Both the position numbers and the translations under genes were made by a program. A stretch of DNA of 64,000 nucleotides, from NCBI GenBank assembly GCA_963827235.1, contig CAWHAE010000008.1:224001-288000 (forward strand). Reading direction: 5' to 3'. Shown here one piece after another: positions 8,345-19,083 of the stretch. Positions within the stretch are counted from its first letter, which is position 1; each line of letters begins with the position of its first letter. The notes under the pieces are model-generated. The model searched no databases. It was not told where the DNA came from and saw only the letters and a list, made by a program, of their open reading frames with translations. The stretch comes from an uncultured bacterium (GTDB taxonomy: Bacteria > Chloroflexota > UBA5177 > JANWHV01).

Positions 8345-10522
8345 ATGGCCGCGGGTGGGCTGGCGGAGCGAATCGCGGGCGAGCTGTCGTTGCCTGCCCT
8401 CGGCGTCGGGCGCACGATTGCGCTCCTGGACGACGACAGCACAATTCCGTTTATCGCCCGTTACCGGAAGGAGATGACCGGCGGGCTCGACGAGGTCCAG
8501 ATCGGCGCCATCGAGCATCGCCTCGGTATCCTGCGCGCCTTGGAGCAGCGCCGAGCTGAGGTTCTGCGGCTGATTGGCGAACAGGGAAAGCTGACGGCCG
8601 AGCTGGAACGAGCAATTCGTGCCGCCGATACGCTTCAGATTCTGGAGGACTTGTATCTGCCGTATCGGCCGCGCCGCCGCACGCGCGCCATGATTGCACG
8701 CGAGCGTGGACTTGAGCCGCTCGCGGATCTCATGCGGAGCCAGGCGATCGGCGACCGCGCCGCGCTGGCCGCCCCGTTCGTCAACGAGGCGCGAGAAGTT
8801 CCGACTGCTGATGACGCGCTGGCCGGTGCACGCGACATCGTAGCCGAGACTATCTCAGAGGACGCCGGCGTTCGCGGGGACGTTCGCGGGCTGTATGCGA
8901 GCACGGCCACAGTTGCGGCGGTGATCGCAGACCCTTCTAAAGACCCTGAACGTACATATCAGCAGTACTACGAATTCAGTGGTCCGCTGGCGGCCATGGC
9001 TGCCCACCGTATCCTGGCGCTCAACCGGGCGGAGCGCGAGGGGGTGCTCAGGATATCGGTTTCCATTGACGAAGCCATGGCAGTGCAGGCAGTGTCGCGC
9101 ACCTTCGCCGCGGACGATCGCTCGGCATTTGCCGGCGATTTACGTCGCGCCGCGCTCGACGGCTTTCAGCGACTTCTCGGTCCTTCCCTGGAGCGGGAGA
9201 TGCGCGCGGAGCTGACGGAGCGGGCGGAGGCGCACGCGACAGAGGTGTTTGCGCGGAATCTCCGCCCGCTACTGCTTCAGCGACCACTGCGGGGACGCAC
9301 GGTCATCGGCATCGACCCCGGCTTCCGGACAGGGTGCAAAGTGGCTGTGGTAGACGAGACGGGCAAGCCCCTCGAGACCACCGTGATCTATCCACATCCG
9401 CCGCAGCATCGCCGTCTGGAAGCCAAGTCCGCGCTCAAGGGTCTGGTGGGCAAGCACGGCGCGACGGTCTTCGCAGTGGGCAGCGGAACGGCAGGCAGGG
9501 AAACCGAGGAGATGGTAGCGGAAATCGTGGCCGGTCTGCATGGCGAAATGAGCTATGCGATGGTCGACGAAGCTGGAGCCTCGGTCTACTCGGTATCTGA
9601 TATTGCCCGGGAGGAGTTCCCGGAACTCGAGGCAACCGACCGAGGAGCGATATCGATTGCCCGCCGCTTGCAGGATCCGCTGGCAGAATTGGTCAAGGTC
9701 GATCCGCGCGCCGTCGGTGTGGGCCTCTATCAGCATGACGTCGAGCAAAAGGCCCTTGCGGACGCCCTCGATCGCGTCGTGGAGAGCGCGGTGAGCTTCG
9801 CCGGCGTGGATCTGAACACGGCGTCCGCCGCTCTCCTCTACCGAGTCGCCGGCCTGAACCGCAAAGTGGCTTCCGCGATCGTGCGCTATCGCGAGGAGCA
9901 CGGCAAATTCAGGCGCAAAGCCGACCTGGCTAAAGTGCCGGGCATAGGGCCCCGCACGTTCGAGCAAGCGGCAGGCTTTCTGCAGGTGCCGGACGGTGTC
10001 GACGTGCTGGACAGAACGTTCATCCACCCGGAGAGCTATGCCGCGTGCCGCCGCCTGATGGAGGAGATTCCGCTCGCCACTGGCGATGAAGGTCTTTCGT
10101 CGCGAGCCTCTCGATTCGCGAAGTATCTTGCCGAGAATCCTCCGGAGAGACGGACGCTCTCCGCAAGGTTGGGTATCGGCGAGCCGACGCTGATCGATCT
10201 GCTCGAGAACCTTGCCCGTCCCGGAATCGACCCGCGGACGTCGCTTCCCGCTCCGCTCATGCGTACCGAGGCCCTTTCTCTTGAGTCGCTACAGCCGGGC
10301 ACTGTTCTGCCTGGTACGGTGAGGAATGTGGTGGACTTCGGCGCGTTCGTCGACATAGGACTCAAGCAGGCCGGTCTCGTGCACGTTTCTGAGCTCGCGG
10401 ACCGTTTCGTGTCCTCTCCGCTCGACGTGGTGGCCGTCGGCCAGGTGGTGACGGTGCGCGTGGTGTCGGTGGATGCGGCCCGCGGCCGGATCGCCCTGTC
10501 CATGCGCGGCGCGCGGCGCTGA
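8345..10522 (+). CDS. tex: Tex family RNA-binding transcription accessory protein
   Basis: TIPFIARYRKE, IDPGFRTGCK, SIARRLQDPLAELVK, C-terminal S1 domain. Confidence 0.95.
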   Translation: MAAGGLAERIAGELSLPALGVGRTIALLDDDSTIPFIARYRKEMTGGLDEVQIGAIEHRLGILRALEQRRAEVLRLIGEQGKLTAELERAIRAADTLQILEDLYLPYRPRRRTRAMIARERGLEPLADLMRSQAIGDRAALAAPFVNEAREVPTADDALAGARDIVAETISEDAGVRGDVRGLYASTATVAAVIADPSKDPERTYQQYYEFSGPLAAMAAHRILALNRAEREGVLRISVSIDEAMAVQAVSRTFAADDRSAFAGDLRRAALDGFQRLLGPSLEREMRAELTERAEAHATEVFARNLRPLLLQRPLRGRTVIGIDPGFRTGCKVAVVDETGKPLETTVIYPHPPQHRRLEAKSALKGLVGKHGATVFAVGSGTAGRETEEMVAEIVAGLHGEMSYAMVDEAGASVYSVSDIAREEFPELEATDRGAISIARRLQDPLAELVKVDPRAVGVGLYQHDVEQKALADALDRVVESAVSFAGVDLNTASAALLYRVAGLNRKVASAIVRYREEHGKFRRKADLAKVPGIGPRTFEQAAGFLQVPDGVDVLDRTFIHPESYAACRRLMEEIPLATGDEGLSSRASRFAKYLAENPPERRTLSARLGIGEPTLIDLLENLARPGIDPRTSLPAPLMRTEALSLESLQPGTVLPGTVRNVVDFGAFVDIGLKQAGLVHVSELADRFVSSPLDVVAVGQVVTVRVVSVDAARGRIALSMRGARR

Positions 10523-10705
10523 CAGCCAGCTCTTACAGAGGTGCTTGCGCGCTGGAGTCCGCGGAGCAGCCGGGCTGTCCTCCGGCTCGATGGTTTCGCC
10601 ACCATCACAGGCATTCTGTATCCTAGGATCAGTATGGCATCCTGTGCCCGCGCCCCATGCGAGGCCGATAGCGCTGCCGCGACAGCTTGAGCGAATACGA
10701 GGAAC

Positions 10706-12204
10706 ATGGCTGCCCAAGGGCATAACCTGCGCGCATTCGGTGCCGCTGCTCTGAGCCCCACCGCACTGTGGCGCACGCTTCGCTCGATGACGTTCGCCAT
10801 CGTCATGCTGTTGGTGATTCTCTGCATTGTGATTGCCGGCAGCTTCATGCCGCAGGACAACGGCATCAGGCTGGTCTATCAGTCGTGGTGGTTCTACGGT
10901 CTGAACTTCGTGCTCATGCTCAGTATCGTGAGCTGCGTGGCACGCCGCGTTCCCGCCGTATTTCGCTCGTCGTTTCGCGTGCCTGTCATGCACAGGCCCG
11001 ACTTCTACCGCGTGGGAGACACGGCGCGCCAAGTCTCCGCGCCCGTCGACGTCGATCGTACTGCCGACGCGGTGGAACGTGTCCTGCGAGCAAGCCATTA
11101 TCGCGTTGCCGTGAGAAGAGACGGTTCGGACGTTTACTTGCTGTCCGACCGCTTCCGCGCCATGCGCTTGGGTACCCTGGTGTCCCACGCGAGCATCGTG
11201 CTTATGGTCGCGGCCATTGCCTGGGGAGCGCTCGCGGGCTGGCTGGACAGGTCGGTTCAGCTTGAGGCGGGCGGCCCGGCCGTGGCAGTGGGCCACGGCA
11301 CAGGGCTGCTGATCAGATCCGACTCGTTCGACTTTGGGTTGTACCCAAACGGCACACCGCGCAACTTCGCCGACGATCTAACCATCATCGAGAATGGCGG
11401 TGCCGGGCCGTCGCGTCACCAGAGAATTGACGTCAACTCCCCGTGGTATTACGGCGGCATGTTCGGCGTAGACGTCCACCAGGCCGACTATGGCATCGGC
11501 GCCCGGCTGCTGGCCATCGACACGTCCGACAAGAAGCCGGCTCTGCTGCCATACTGCCTCGTGCAGTTTTCGTCACAGCCCGACTGCACGCAGGAGGCCC
11601 CTGCCCTGCTGTTGCAGCCGGCGGGAGACGGCAGCTACACAGCCGGCGGGTGGCGGCTTGGCCGCATTCTACCTGCCTGATCAGGACCTCGCTGTCACGC
11701 TCTCCTTCCACGACGCGGTGCCTGAGCAGCATCTCGGCGATCTGGCGGTCATCACCGTGGTCAGGCCGCCGCGAAAGTCGGGACAGAGCATGAGCATCGT
11801 CAAAGAGGCGCTCGACGTGCCGGTGTCGCTGCACAGCTTCAACGGCCGGCAGGAAATGGTCACGGACCGGCCTATCGACGTGGGCAGCCTCCGCCTTGCC
11901 ATGCTGATCCGCCGAGAGTCCTTTATCAATATCGGGCACAATCCGGCGGTGCCGTTCTATCTTCACATCATTTGCGCTGATTCTGCTCGGCTTGGTCAGC
12001 GTTCTCTACTTTCCGTTCAGCAGGATGTGGCTGTATGTGACGCCTGCGGGCGATTCGCGCACGGGAAGCACGATTCTGATGCGCGGCTCGGCCGAGAAGA
12101 CGAAGCAAGGCTTCAGGCGACGATTTAGTGACATTGCCGCGCGCATAGAGCGCGAGCTGGCAGCGATATCTAGTGGCCATCATTCGGGGAGCGGAGAAGC
12201 ATGA
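10706..12204 (+). CDS. resB: Cytochrome c biogenesis protein ResB/Ccs1, interrupted by two apparent +1 frameshifts (~11649, ~11958)
   Basis: LVYQSWWFY, conserved His in LVSHASIV, IDVNSPW and HNPAVP-TM-RMW spread over three frames; stop overlaps the ccsA ATG. Confidence 0.8.
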
Positions 12205-13358
12205 GCCAGGACCAGTTGCTCAATATCTCGTCGACCAGTCTCTTCCTGGGCTTTTGGCTCTATGCCATCAGCCTCGTTTTCTATGTCGCGCACGCCATCG
12301 CGCCCGAGCTCCAAGCCGCGCCGGCAGGGCTGGCGCAGCGCGGTGGATCGCTTGCGTTGGGGGCGTCTGAGGAACCGGTCTTCAGCCGCGCCCGTCTCGG
12401 GCTCACAGCCACCAGCGTAGCGTACCTTGGCTACCTGCTAATGACTCTCGGCTTGGGAACCCGCTGGGACGCACAGGGCTACTGGCCGGTCGCCAACGCT
12501 TTTGAGGCACCTCTCGCCTTCGCCTGGATGATCATGACCGTGTACCTCATCGCAGAGGTGCGTATGCGCACTCGCATCGTCGGCTGGGCCACTCTGCTGA
12601 TAGCGCTCGGGTTATCCGGCTACTCCCTGTTTGCCTTCGGTTCCGGAAGCAGGGTGATCGATCCGCTCAAGCCGGCACTGCAGAGCTTCTGGCTGCAGAT
12701 TCACGTTGGTATGGCCATGCTTTCGTATAGTTTCTTTGCCCTGGGCGGTGCGCTGAGTCTGACCTATCTGGCGCGCACGGGGGCCTGGCGACGACCGCAG
12801 ACCTTCTATCTCGCCGTGTGGCCGTTCGCGATCGTGCTGGCAATTCTGGCCGGCATCTACATCGGGCGGTGGCCTGGCAGCGGTAATGCCGTGAGCGTAG
12901 GCAAGGTTGCCGGGATCGGCTGCGAAGCAGTGCTGTTCCTGCTGCTTGCCGTCGGAGCGCGACTTACCCTGGCGCCGCGAGTGGCCCGCGCTGCTCCGGA
13001 GTTCAGAGTCTCGGGTGCGGACGCGGAGCTGCTGGACCAGCTCGACGAATGGGGCTACCGTGCGATCGCCCTCGGCGTACCCATGATCGCCTTCGTCTTG
13101 ATGTCCGGCGCGATCTGGGCCCAGATGGCCTGGAGCACCTTCTGGAGCTGGGATCCCAAGGAGGTGTGGGCGCTCATTACCTTCATATACTATGCACTGT
13201 ACGTGCACGTGCGGGTGCAGCGCGGTTGGCGAGGCGCGCCCATGGCTGCGCTGGGTGTGATCGGCTTCGCCATCGTGCTCATTAGCTTCCTCGGGCTTGC
13301 CTACATCGTCGGCACGTTCCAGATCTTCAGCCTGCATACGTTCGGCAACGTGCAGTGA
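12201..13358 (+). CDS. ccsA: Cytochrome c biogenesis protein CcsA/ResC (system II)
   Basis: PALQSFWLQIHV, GAIWA, WWD domain WSWDPKEVW, C-terminal SLHTF. Confidence 0.95.
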   Translation: MSQDQLLNISSTSLFLGFWLYAISLVFYVAHAIAPELQAAPAGLAQRGGSLALGASEEPVFSRARLGLTATSVAYLGYLLMTLGLGTRWDAQGYWPVANAFEAPLAFAWMIMTVYLIAEVRMRTRIVGWATLLIALGLSGYSLFAFGSGSRVIDPLKPALQSFWLQIHVGMAMLSYSFFALGGALSLTYLARTGAWRRPQTFYLAVWPFAIVLAILAGIYIGRWPGSGNAVSVGKVAGIGCEAVLFLLLAVGARLTLAPRVARAAPEFRVSGADAELLDQLDEWGYRAIALGVPMIAFVLMSGAIWAQMAWSTFWSWDPKEVWALITFIYYALYVHVRVQRGWRGAPMAALGVIGFAIVLISFLGLAYIVGTFQIFSLHTFGNVQ

Positions 13359-13435
13359 TCGCTGCGCTTGACCGCTAACGCTCTCATCGGCCACGCTTAA
13401 GCCCAGGAGGATCCGATGAGTACACGCGACGATAC

Positions 13436-14569
13436 ATGGCGCATCCGGACCCAGCGTCCGGTACGGGCGGGATGATGGCGAGCCAACAGTTCAAGGCCAT
13501 ACTCTTTAGCGGGGGCGCCGGCTCCCGGCTCTGGCCGCTGAGCCGGCGATCGCGACCCAAGCAGTTCCAACCGCTGCTCGGCACACACTCGCTGTTTCAG
13601 CTCATGGTCGGCCGTTTGGAGCGCCTGATCGGCATCGACAACGTCTTTGTTTCCACGGGCGCCACGTATCGCGACATCGTGCTGGAGCAGGTTCCAAGTC
13701 TGCCGCCGGGCAACGTGCTCGCCGAGCCCGAGATGCGCGACACGCTCGGCGCGGTCGGCTACGCCGTGGCAGTGCTGAACGATCGCTATCCCGGGTCGAC
13801 TATTGCCACGCTCTGGGGCGCCGATCACATCGTGCGCAGGGACGACGAATTCGTCGCCTGCCTTGCAGCTGCTCACGAGCTTGCCAGCGAGCGCGATTGG
13901 GTCGTCAAGGTTGACGTGCGGCCCACGTGGCCAAGCACGGCACTCGGCTATATCGAATACGGCGAGTGGCGCGCCGACGCCGCCGGGAGAGCGGTTTACG
14001 CGTTCAAGCGGCAGGTAGAGAAGCCATCGGCAGACTTGGCTCGCGAGCTGATCGCCGCCGGCAACTATCTCTGGAACACCGGATACATTGTCTGGAAGGC
14101 GGAGACGATTCTAAGCCTCTACGAAGAGCATGCTCCCGAGGCCTCGGCGATCCTGAAGGATATCGTGCTCGCTCTGCACGGGCCATCGCCGGAGGCCGAG
14201 GTGGCGGCGCTGTACGCGCAGCTACCCAAGCTCTCTATCGATAAAGGCATCTTCGAGAAGATGAGCGGCGCCAACATGGTCGTTATGCCCGCCGACCTCG
14301 GATGGGGCGATGTCGGAGCGTGGGACGTACTGCGCGACGAGCTGGTCGAGCCGGCGACGGGAAACGCGGTGCACGCTCGTCACCTGGCCATCGATACGAA
14401 CAACTGCTTGGTCTATGGCCCTGCGGACAAGACGGTTGTTACTATCGGCGTCGAAGATCTCATAGTCGTCGACACCGGCGACGCGCTGCTCGTATGTTCC
14501 GCGAAACGCTCTCAGGACGTTAAGAAGATCGTTCAGATGCTCGAGCAGGATATTCCCGAGCTGCTCTAG
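13436..14569 (+). CDS. Mannose-1-phosphate guanylyltransferase-like sugar nucleotidyltransferase
   Basis: GGAGSRLWPLSRRSRPKQF, ADH, EKP, WNTG, WGDVGAW; start may be the downstream MM. Confidence 0.9.
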   Translation: MAHPDPASGTGGMMASQQFKAILFSGGAGSRLWPLSRRSRPKQFQPLLGTHSLFQLMVGRLERLIGIDNVFVSTGATYRDIVLEQVPSLPPGNVLAEPEMRDTLGAVGYAVAVLNDRYPGSTIATLWGADHIVRRDDEFVACLAAAHELASERDWVVKVDVRPTWPSTALGYIEYGEWRADAAGRAVYAFKRQVEKPSADLARELIAAGNYLWNTGYIVWKAETILSLYEEHAPEASAILKDIVLALHGPSPEAEVAALYAQLPKLSIDKGIFEKMSGANMVVMPADLGWGDVGAWDVLRDELVEPATGNAVHARHLAIDTNNCLVYGPADKTVVTIGVEDLIVVDTGDALLVCSAKRSQDVKKIVQMLEQDIPELL

Positions 14570-14711
14570 CCGTTCTCGATACCTGCCTCGTGCTACCAGT
14601 ACCGGCCAGTGGCGAGAGCACGGAGTCCAGGCCCCGGTGAGTCCTGCACCTGTGTCGTGCTGCCCTGGACTGGTGGCCGGCTGCTGCCCCGATTCGTCGG
14701 GCATTCGCCGC

Positions 14712-14740
14712 TTGACGATCTCTCCGGCAGCAGATATATT
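14712..14740 (+). promoter_or_regulatory. Sigma70-type promoter for tRNA-Asn
   Basis: TTGACG-17 bp-TATATT about 30 nt upstream of the tRNA. Confidence 0.7.
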
Positions 14741-14772
14741 ACCTCTCGCGGCGCCGAAACGCCGTCACCCGA

Positions 14773-14844
14773 TCCCCGCTAGCTCAACGGTAGAGCGGCC
14801 GGCTGTTAACCGGTAGGTTGTTGGTTCGAATCCAGCGCGGGGAG
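14773..14844 (+). tRNA. tRNA-Asn (GTT), CCA not encoded
   Basis: Cloverleaf: acceptor TCCCCGC/GCGGGGA, D arm GCTC/GAGC, anticodon loop CTGTTAA, T loop TTCGAAT; followed by CAA. Confidence 0.97.
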
Positions 14845-14855
14845 CAAGTTTGCAG

Positions 14856-14892
14856 GTGCCGCCGGGGTTCCCTCGGCGGCACGTGTGTTTTT
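14856..14892 (+). terminator. Probable intrinsic terminator after the tRNA
   Basis: GTGCCGCCG...CGGCGGCAC stem followed by GTGTGTTTTT. Confidence 0.6.
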
Positions 14893-14961
14893 GTCGAGCC
14901 TGGCCAGGGCGCCGCCGAGCGGGCGCGGCTGCCCGGCCGTTTGGTAAGGGATGTGGGCGAT

Positions 14962-15999
14962 ATGGCACGCTACCTGATCACCGGCGGGGCCGGATTCCTC
15001 GGCATCAATCTTGCTCGCTATTTGCTGGCTCGCAGCCACGAGGTAGTCTCGCAGGACATCGCGGAGTTCGACTATCCGGAGCACGATCGTGTCGTGGTCC
15101 ACACGACCGACATTCGCGATCGCGGCGCGGTGGATCGCGCCATGGAAGGCGTGACAGTTGTCGTACATTGCGCGGCCGCTCTCCCGCTCTACAAGAAGTC
15201 CGACATCTACACCACGGACGTGCTGGGTACCCGAAACGTACTGGAGTCGGCGCTCCAACATGGGGTCGACCGTTTCATTCAGATTTCGTCCACGGCGGTT
15301 TACGGCATCCCCGATCACCACCCGCTGCTGGAGGACGATCGCCTCGACGGCGTGGGTCACTACGGGCGAGCGAAGATCAAGGCGGAGCGGGTATGTCTGG
15401 GCTATCGCCAGAAGGGCATGTGCGTGCCCATCCTGCGCCCGAAGTCGTTCGTGGGCCCGGAGCGGTTAGGTGTGTTCGCTCTGTTCTACGACTGGGCGAA
15501 GGACGGCAAGGGTTTCCCCATGATTGGAGATGGCAGCAACCGCTACCAGCTTCTCGACGTCGATGATCTGTGCGATGCCATCTACCTTTGTGCAACGGGT
15601 GACAAGGAGCGGGTCAGCGCAACATTCAATATTGGTGCTGCCCAGTTCACCACCATGCGCGAGGACTATCAGGCGGTGCTCGACGAGGCAGGGTTCGGCA
15701 AGAAGATACGCGGCTTTCCAGCGGCGCCTATGATCTGGGCTCTACGGTTTCTTTCGCTGGTCCATCTGTCGCCGCTGTACAAGTGGGTGTACGAAACGGC
15801 CTCGAAGGATTCCTTCGTCTCCATAGACCGCGCCACATCTGTGCTGGGCTGGTCGCCTAAGTACTCCAACAAAGACGCACTCGTGCGCAACTACCGGTGG
15901 TATCTGCAGAACCTCGATCGCTTCGGCTCCACATCGGGCGTGTCCCACAGGGTGCCGTGGAAGCAGGGCGTGCTGCGCTTCGCCAAGGTGCTTTTCTAG
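14962..15999 (+). CDS. NAD-dependent epimerase/dehydratase (extended SDR)
   Basis: ITGGAGFLG, ISSTAVYG, YGRAK (YxxxK). Confidence 0.92.
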   Translation: MARYLITGGAGFLGINLARYLLARSHEVVSQDIAEFDYPEHDRVVVHTTDIRDRGAVDRAMEGVTVVVHCAAALPLYKKSDIYTTDVLGTRNVLESALQHGVDRFIQISSTAVYGIPDHHPLLEDDRLDGVGHYGRAKIKAERVCLGYRQKGMCVPILRPKSFVGPERLGVFALFYDWAKDGKGFPMIGDGSNRYQLLDVDDLCDAIYLCATGDKERVSATFNIGAAQFTTMREDYQAVLDEAGFGKKIRGFPAAPMIWALRFLSLVHLSPLYKWVYETASKDSFVSIDRATSVLGWSPKYSNKDALVRNYRWYLQNLDRFGSTSGVSHRVPWKQGVLRFAKVLF

Positions 16000-16198
16000 C
16001 CCGATCACAGTCTTTCACGTATGATCGAAGTGGCCGAGCTATCGGCCATGCGCCAGAATGTCCCTCGAGCCACGCGCACGTCGATTCCGCGTGGCTCTGT
16101 TGTGCCCGGTGCATGAGCGGGACTGGAAGCCGCCAGGCTGCCCGGCAGGCGTCGACGAGCCGTGGCCGGTGACACGCGATTGGGAGTGCTGTCTTCGC

Positions 16199-16384
16199 AT
16201 GGTCAAGAACGTCGTGACACCCTTCAACGTCTTCTCGTTCTTCTCGTTTATCCTGCTCGTGGCTATCGCCCTGCTCGTACATGGCAGTCCGCTTCCGAAG
16301 TTCGGCCTGGCAGCCGCGAGCGCAGCGTGCGGTTTCATCCTGATAGCCACGTTCTTGGTGTGGACGATGCTGCAGGGAGACTGA
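16199..16384 (+). CDS. Small two-helix membrane protein (61 aa)
   Basis: MVKNVVTPFNVFSFFSFILLVAIALL...GFILIATFLVWTMLQGD; GGGAG upstream. Confidence 0.6.
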   Translation: MVKNVVTPFNVFSFFSFILLVAIALLVHGSPLPKFGLAAASAACGFILIATFLVWTMLQGD

Positions 16385-16421
16385 GCGAGACGCGCTCCTC
16401 CGGCCGCGACCCAGGAAGTCC

Positions 16422-16859
16422 CTACGCCCTAGGATAGTCGGGAGGATACTCCGCCAGTTGCTCCTCGGCCATGCTAACGTGGAGAGGAATCCTCCCCAGG
16501 TCCAGGCCGCCGCTCAGCATGCGGAACTCATATCTGCCTACCTGCTCGAGCGGCAGCATCGTGATCTCGGCGATCAGGTTGCCGTTGCCTTGCGACACCT
16601 GTTCGGGATCTACTTGAATGCTCTCGTGCATGAGCATGCGACCGTCGGGAGCAATCAGGTCCATCTCCACGGAGCCGGACGAAGTGGCGCCTTGAAGTAC
16701 ACAGACGAGGAAGAACCGCGGGTGTTGCGCCGGAAGCCTTACCACGGCGATGTGATCGAAGATACCTATAACGCTCAGCTTGCCGTCTTGACCGATCAGA
16801 GCGTGGTCGCACAGAACGCCAAGTCGAATGTTCAGGCTGCCGAGTGAACGATCGAGCAA
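16422..16859 (-). CDS. DUF6941-like protein
   Basis: VLCDHALIGQDGKLSVIGIFD and GRYEFRM pattern; AGGAG before TTG. Confidence 0.7.
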   Translation of the reverse strand: MLDRSLGSLNIRLGVLCDHALIGQDGKLSVIGIFDHIAVVRLPAQHPRFFLVCVLQGATSSGSVEMDLIAPDGRMLMHESIQVDPEQVSQGNGNLIAEITMLPLEQVGRYEFRMLSGGLDLGRIPLHVSMAEEQLAEYPPDYPRA

Positions 16860-16900
16860 TGGGGGCTCCTTCCAGGCAGACGGCAATGGGCTCGCGACCC

Positions 16901-17275
16901 TCAGCGGTTCGGTGCGACTTCGCCGAAAACACCCGCGGCCACGAATCGGCTGTCGTAGTGAATGTCGTTGGGCATGAGAGAGGTCGGACCATCCGGCACT
17001 GTCACCAGGAGTTCCCCATTTGAATGCACCCTGAGCGTGGCCTTCATGGTCGCGCTGTCGTCCACGCCCTCGATAAAGTACCTGAAGCGGCGCGGCCGGC
17101 CCTTGAACGTGAACCTGATCTCAAATGCAGGCGCGGCGGCGGCCGGCCGGTGAAACGGGCCCCGCCGAGGCGCCGCGGAATGCTGTGGTATCAGCGGTCG
17201 CTGCACCGAAGTCACGCCGGCTCTTCCGCTCAACCAGTCCGCCAGATCGTTGGCCAGCGCTCCGAAGTCGTCCAA
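16901..17275 (-). CDS. Hypothetical protein
   Basis: GGAGG 5-6 nt before TTG; protein-like composition; co-oriented with neighbours. Confidence 0.6.
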   Translation of the reverse strand: MDDFGALANDLADWLSGRAGVTSVQRPLIPQHSAAPRRGPFHRPAAAAPAFEIRFTFKGRPRRFRYFIEGVDDSATMKATLRVHSNGELLVTVPDGPTSLMPNDIHYDSRFVAAGVFGEVAPNR

Positions 17276-17436
17276 TCATACCTCCAGCCAGGAGTCGGCT
17301 CAAGAACGGAAGCTGAGCAGGCGAGGACGTATCGGGCTCGCCGGCCTGGGCGCCCTTTGACGCTCCTGCTTCTCGTGTGAACCAGCATACTGCCCTTGGG
17401 AAGAATACAGGGCCCGGCCGCCCACGGCAACCGCGA

Positions 17437-17784
17437 TCAGCTCGATTTCGCCAGCCGGGGCCGCAGGATGTGAACTTGCTCCTTGAGGTAGGCACGCAGC
17501 CAGGCTCGATCGGGCACACATGCCTGGGAGACGACCGTGTGTCCTACCATCACGACCGGTGCACGCCAGCCGCCGCGCACGAAGGCCTCCAAGAAATGGG
17601 AGGGCCAGGAGCGGGTTCGCACGTCGAAGTACCACTGGCCCAGCTCTTTGACGACGCCCTCGACTAACGCCAGCGTGATCTGACACTCATGATGGCACTG
17701 GCTCCGTCGCCGGCTCGGTCCATCGCTGCGCATGTAGACGGTGATCTGGATCCGCTCTCGTGACAGGTGGATGATCTCTCCCAT
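17437..17784 (-). CDS. Thioredoxin/glutaredoxin-fold-like protein with CxxxC
   Basis: IQITVY..QCHHEC..GGWRAPVVMVG..VSQACVPDR; GGGAGG RBS. Confidence 0.6.
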   Translation of the reverse strand: MGEIIHLSRERIQITVYMRSDGPSRRRSQCHHECQITLALVEGVVKELGQWYFDVRTRSWPSHFLEAFVRGGWRAPVVMVGHTVVSQACVPDRAWLRAYLKEQVHILRPRLAKSS

Positions 17785-18138
17785 CGTAGAACCTCCCTTT
17801 CACCACGTGAGCCGGCCACTCGATCGCTCAACTCCGATGGCCCGGATTCCTGATGACCCGACCCCGGCGTCCCGGCAGCCACTCTGATGTCCGGCGCTTC
17901 GTCCTCGAACGCCGTCAACTCTCGCACAAGTATAGCATCGTGCGATCGCGGGCCTTATCCCCTAGCAGTCCTATCATATACCTCTGGCGAGCCGGCGGCA
18001 CGACCTACCGCAGCTTTGTTTCGATTTGGAGTGAAATACCAGTGCGATTGCGGCACCGCGTGCCCCAGGAAGCCAAAGAACCCGGCACGGTCGTCAACCA
18101 TGCCGGGTTCCTGCCTCAAGCTCGGGCCTTGCTGCCGG

Positions 18139-18828
18139 TCAGAGCGAGCTTGCCACCGCGAGAAGATCCTTGGCCGTCAGCTTGGAGACGGTGATGTTGC
18201 TGCTGACGTCGTAACTGATGGTCACTCTAGTCCAGAGCACATGAACGATCTCGTCGCCGCGCTTGGGCTTGATGTCGACCAGCGTACCCTTGACAATGCC
18301 GACGCCCTTGGTCCCTGGATTGATGGTCACGACCTGCGGCTTGACCCCCGGATAGATCACGGTGCTCAGGCCGTTCCGCATGTTGACGTAAAAGCTGGCA
18401 TAGGCGCCTTTATCGCTCTTGAGGCTGGTGGGGACGTACTGCAGGTAGGCAGTGGCGGGCGATTGCTGGTCCTGTGCCGGGTCGACGTGAATGAGCTGCA
18501 ACGTGAAGCCCTTCGGCACATGTTTTGGCGCGAGGACATACAAAGAGGGCACGAGCGCGTTGGCCATTTGCAGGGCCTTGGTGGGAGTGAGCCCTGTGCC
18601 AAGCCTGCTGAGGCCGGATTCCAACACGACCGCTGCCGCTAAGCCTGACTTCTGGGTAGGTGCCGGTTTGGGCGTGGCGACCTTGGTCGCCACAGGCGTC
18701 GACTTGGCCGCCGGTGTGGCGGTCGCGCCAGCGGCACGCAGAGGCACGCCTGCGCCTCCCATGCCGTTGCCGACCAGCACTGCTGCGGCGAGCGACGTAC
18801 CTAGCAAAACCTTCCAAGATCTTCTCAT
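18139..18828 (-). CDS. Secreted protein with Ala/Thr/Pro/Lys-rich linker and DUF4367/DUF4245-like C-terminal domain
   Basis: Signal peptide MRRSWKVLLGTSLAAAVLV; PKHVPKGF and LTAKDLLAVASSL; GGAG RBS. Confidence 0.7.
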   Translation of the reverse strand: MRRSWKVLLGTSLAAAVLVGNGMGGAGVPLRAAGATATPAAKSTPVATKVATPKPAPTQKSGLAAAVVLESGLSRLGTGLTPTKALQMANALVPSLYVLAPKHVPKGFTLQLIHVDPAQDQQSPATAYLQYVPTSLKSDKGAYASFYVNMRNGLSTVIYPGVKPQVVTINPGTKGVGIVKGTLVDIKPKRGDEIVHVLWTRVTISYDVSSNITVSKLTAKDLLAVASSL

Positions 18829-19083
18829 CGAGCTTGCAACTCCATGTGCTCTACGCGTCGCCGGGAATGCCGACCTGCTCAGACGCTGGCAGCCCGGGAC
18901 ACGGCGCAAGGCCGGCCCCGAACAACGTGCACTCCGGCTCCAAACCGCGGCCGCACCGGTGACGATGGCCGGGCAGTCAGTCTTGGATGCGGCGGCGCCG
19001 AACCCAGCGGTCCGCCAAGCCATCCTCAACGGTGGTTACTATAGCAGAGGGCTTGATACCGCACAAACGAATCGGGGGATTAC

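Noticed and set aside
14773-18828. tRNA-Asn as an island integration site
   Set aside because: No integrase, no duplicated tRNA 3' end seen, and no obvious compositional shift
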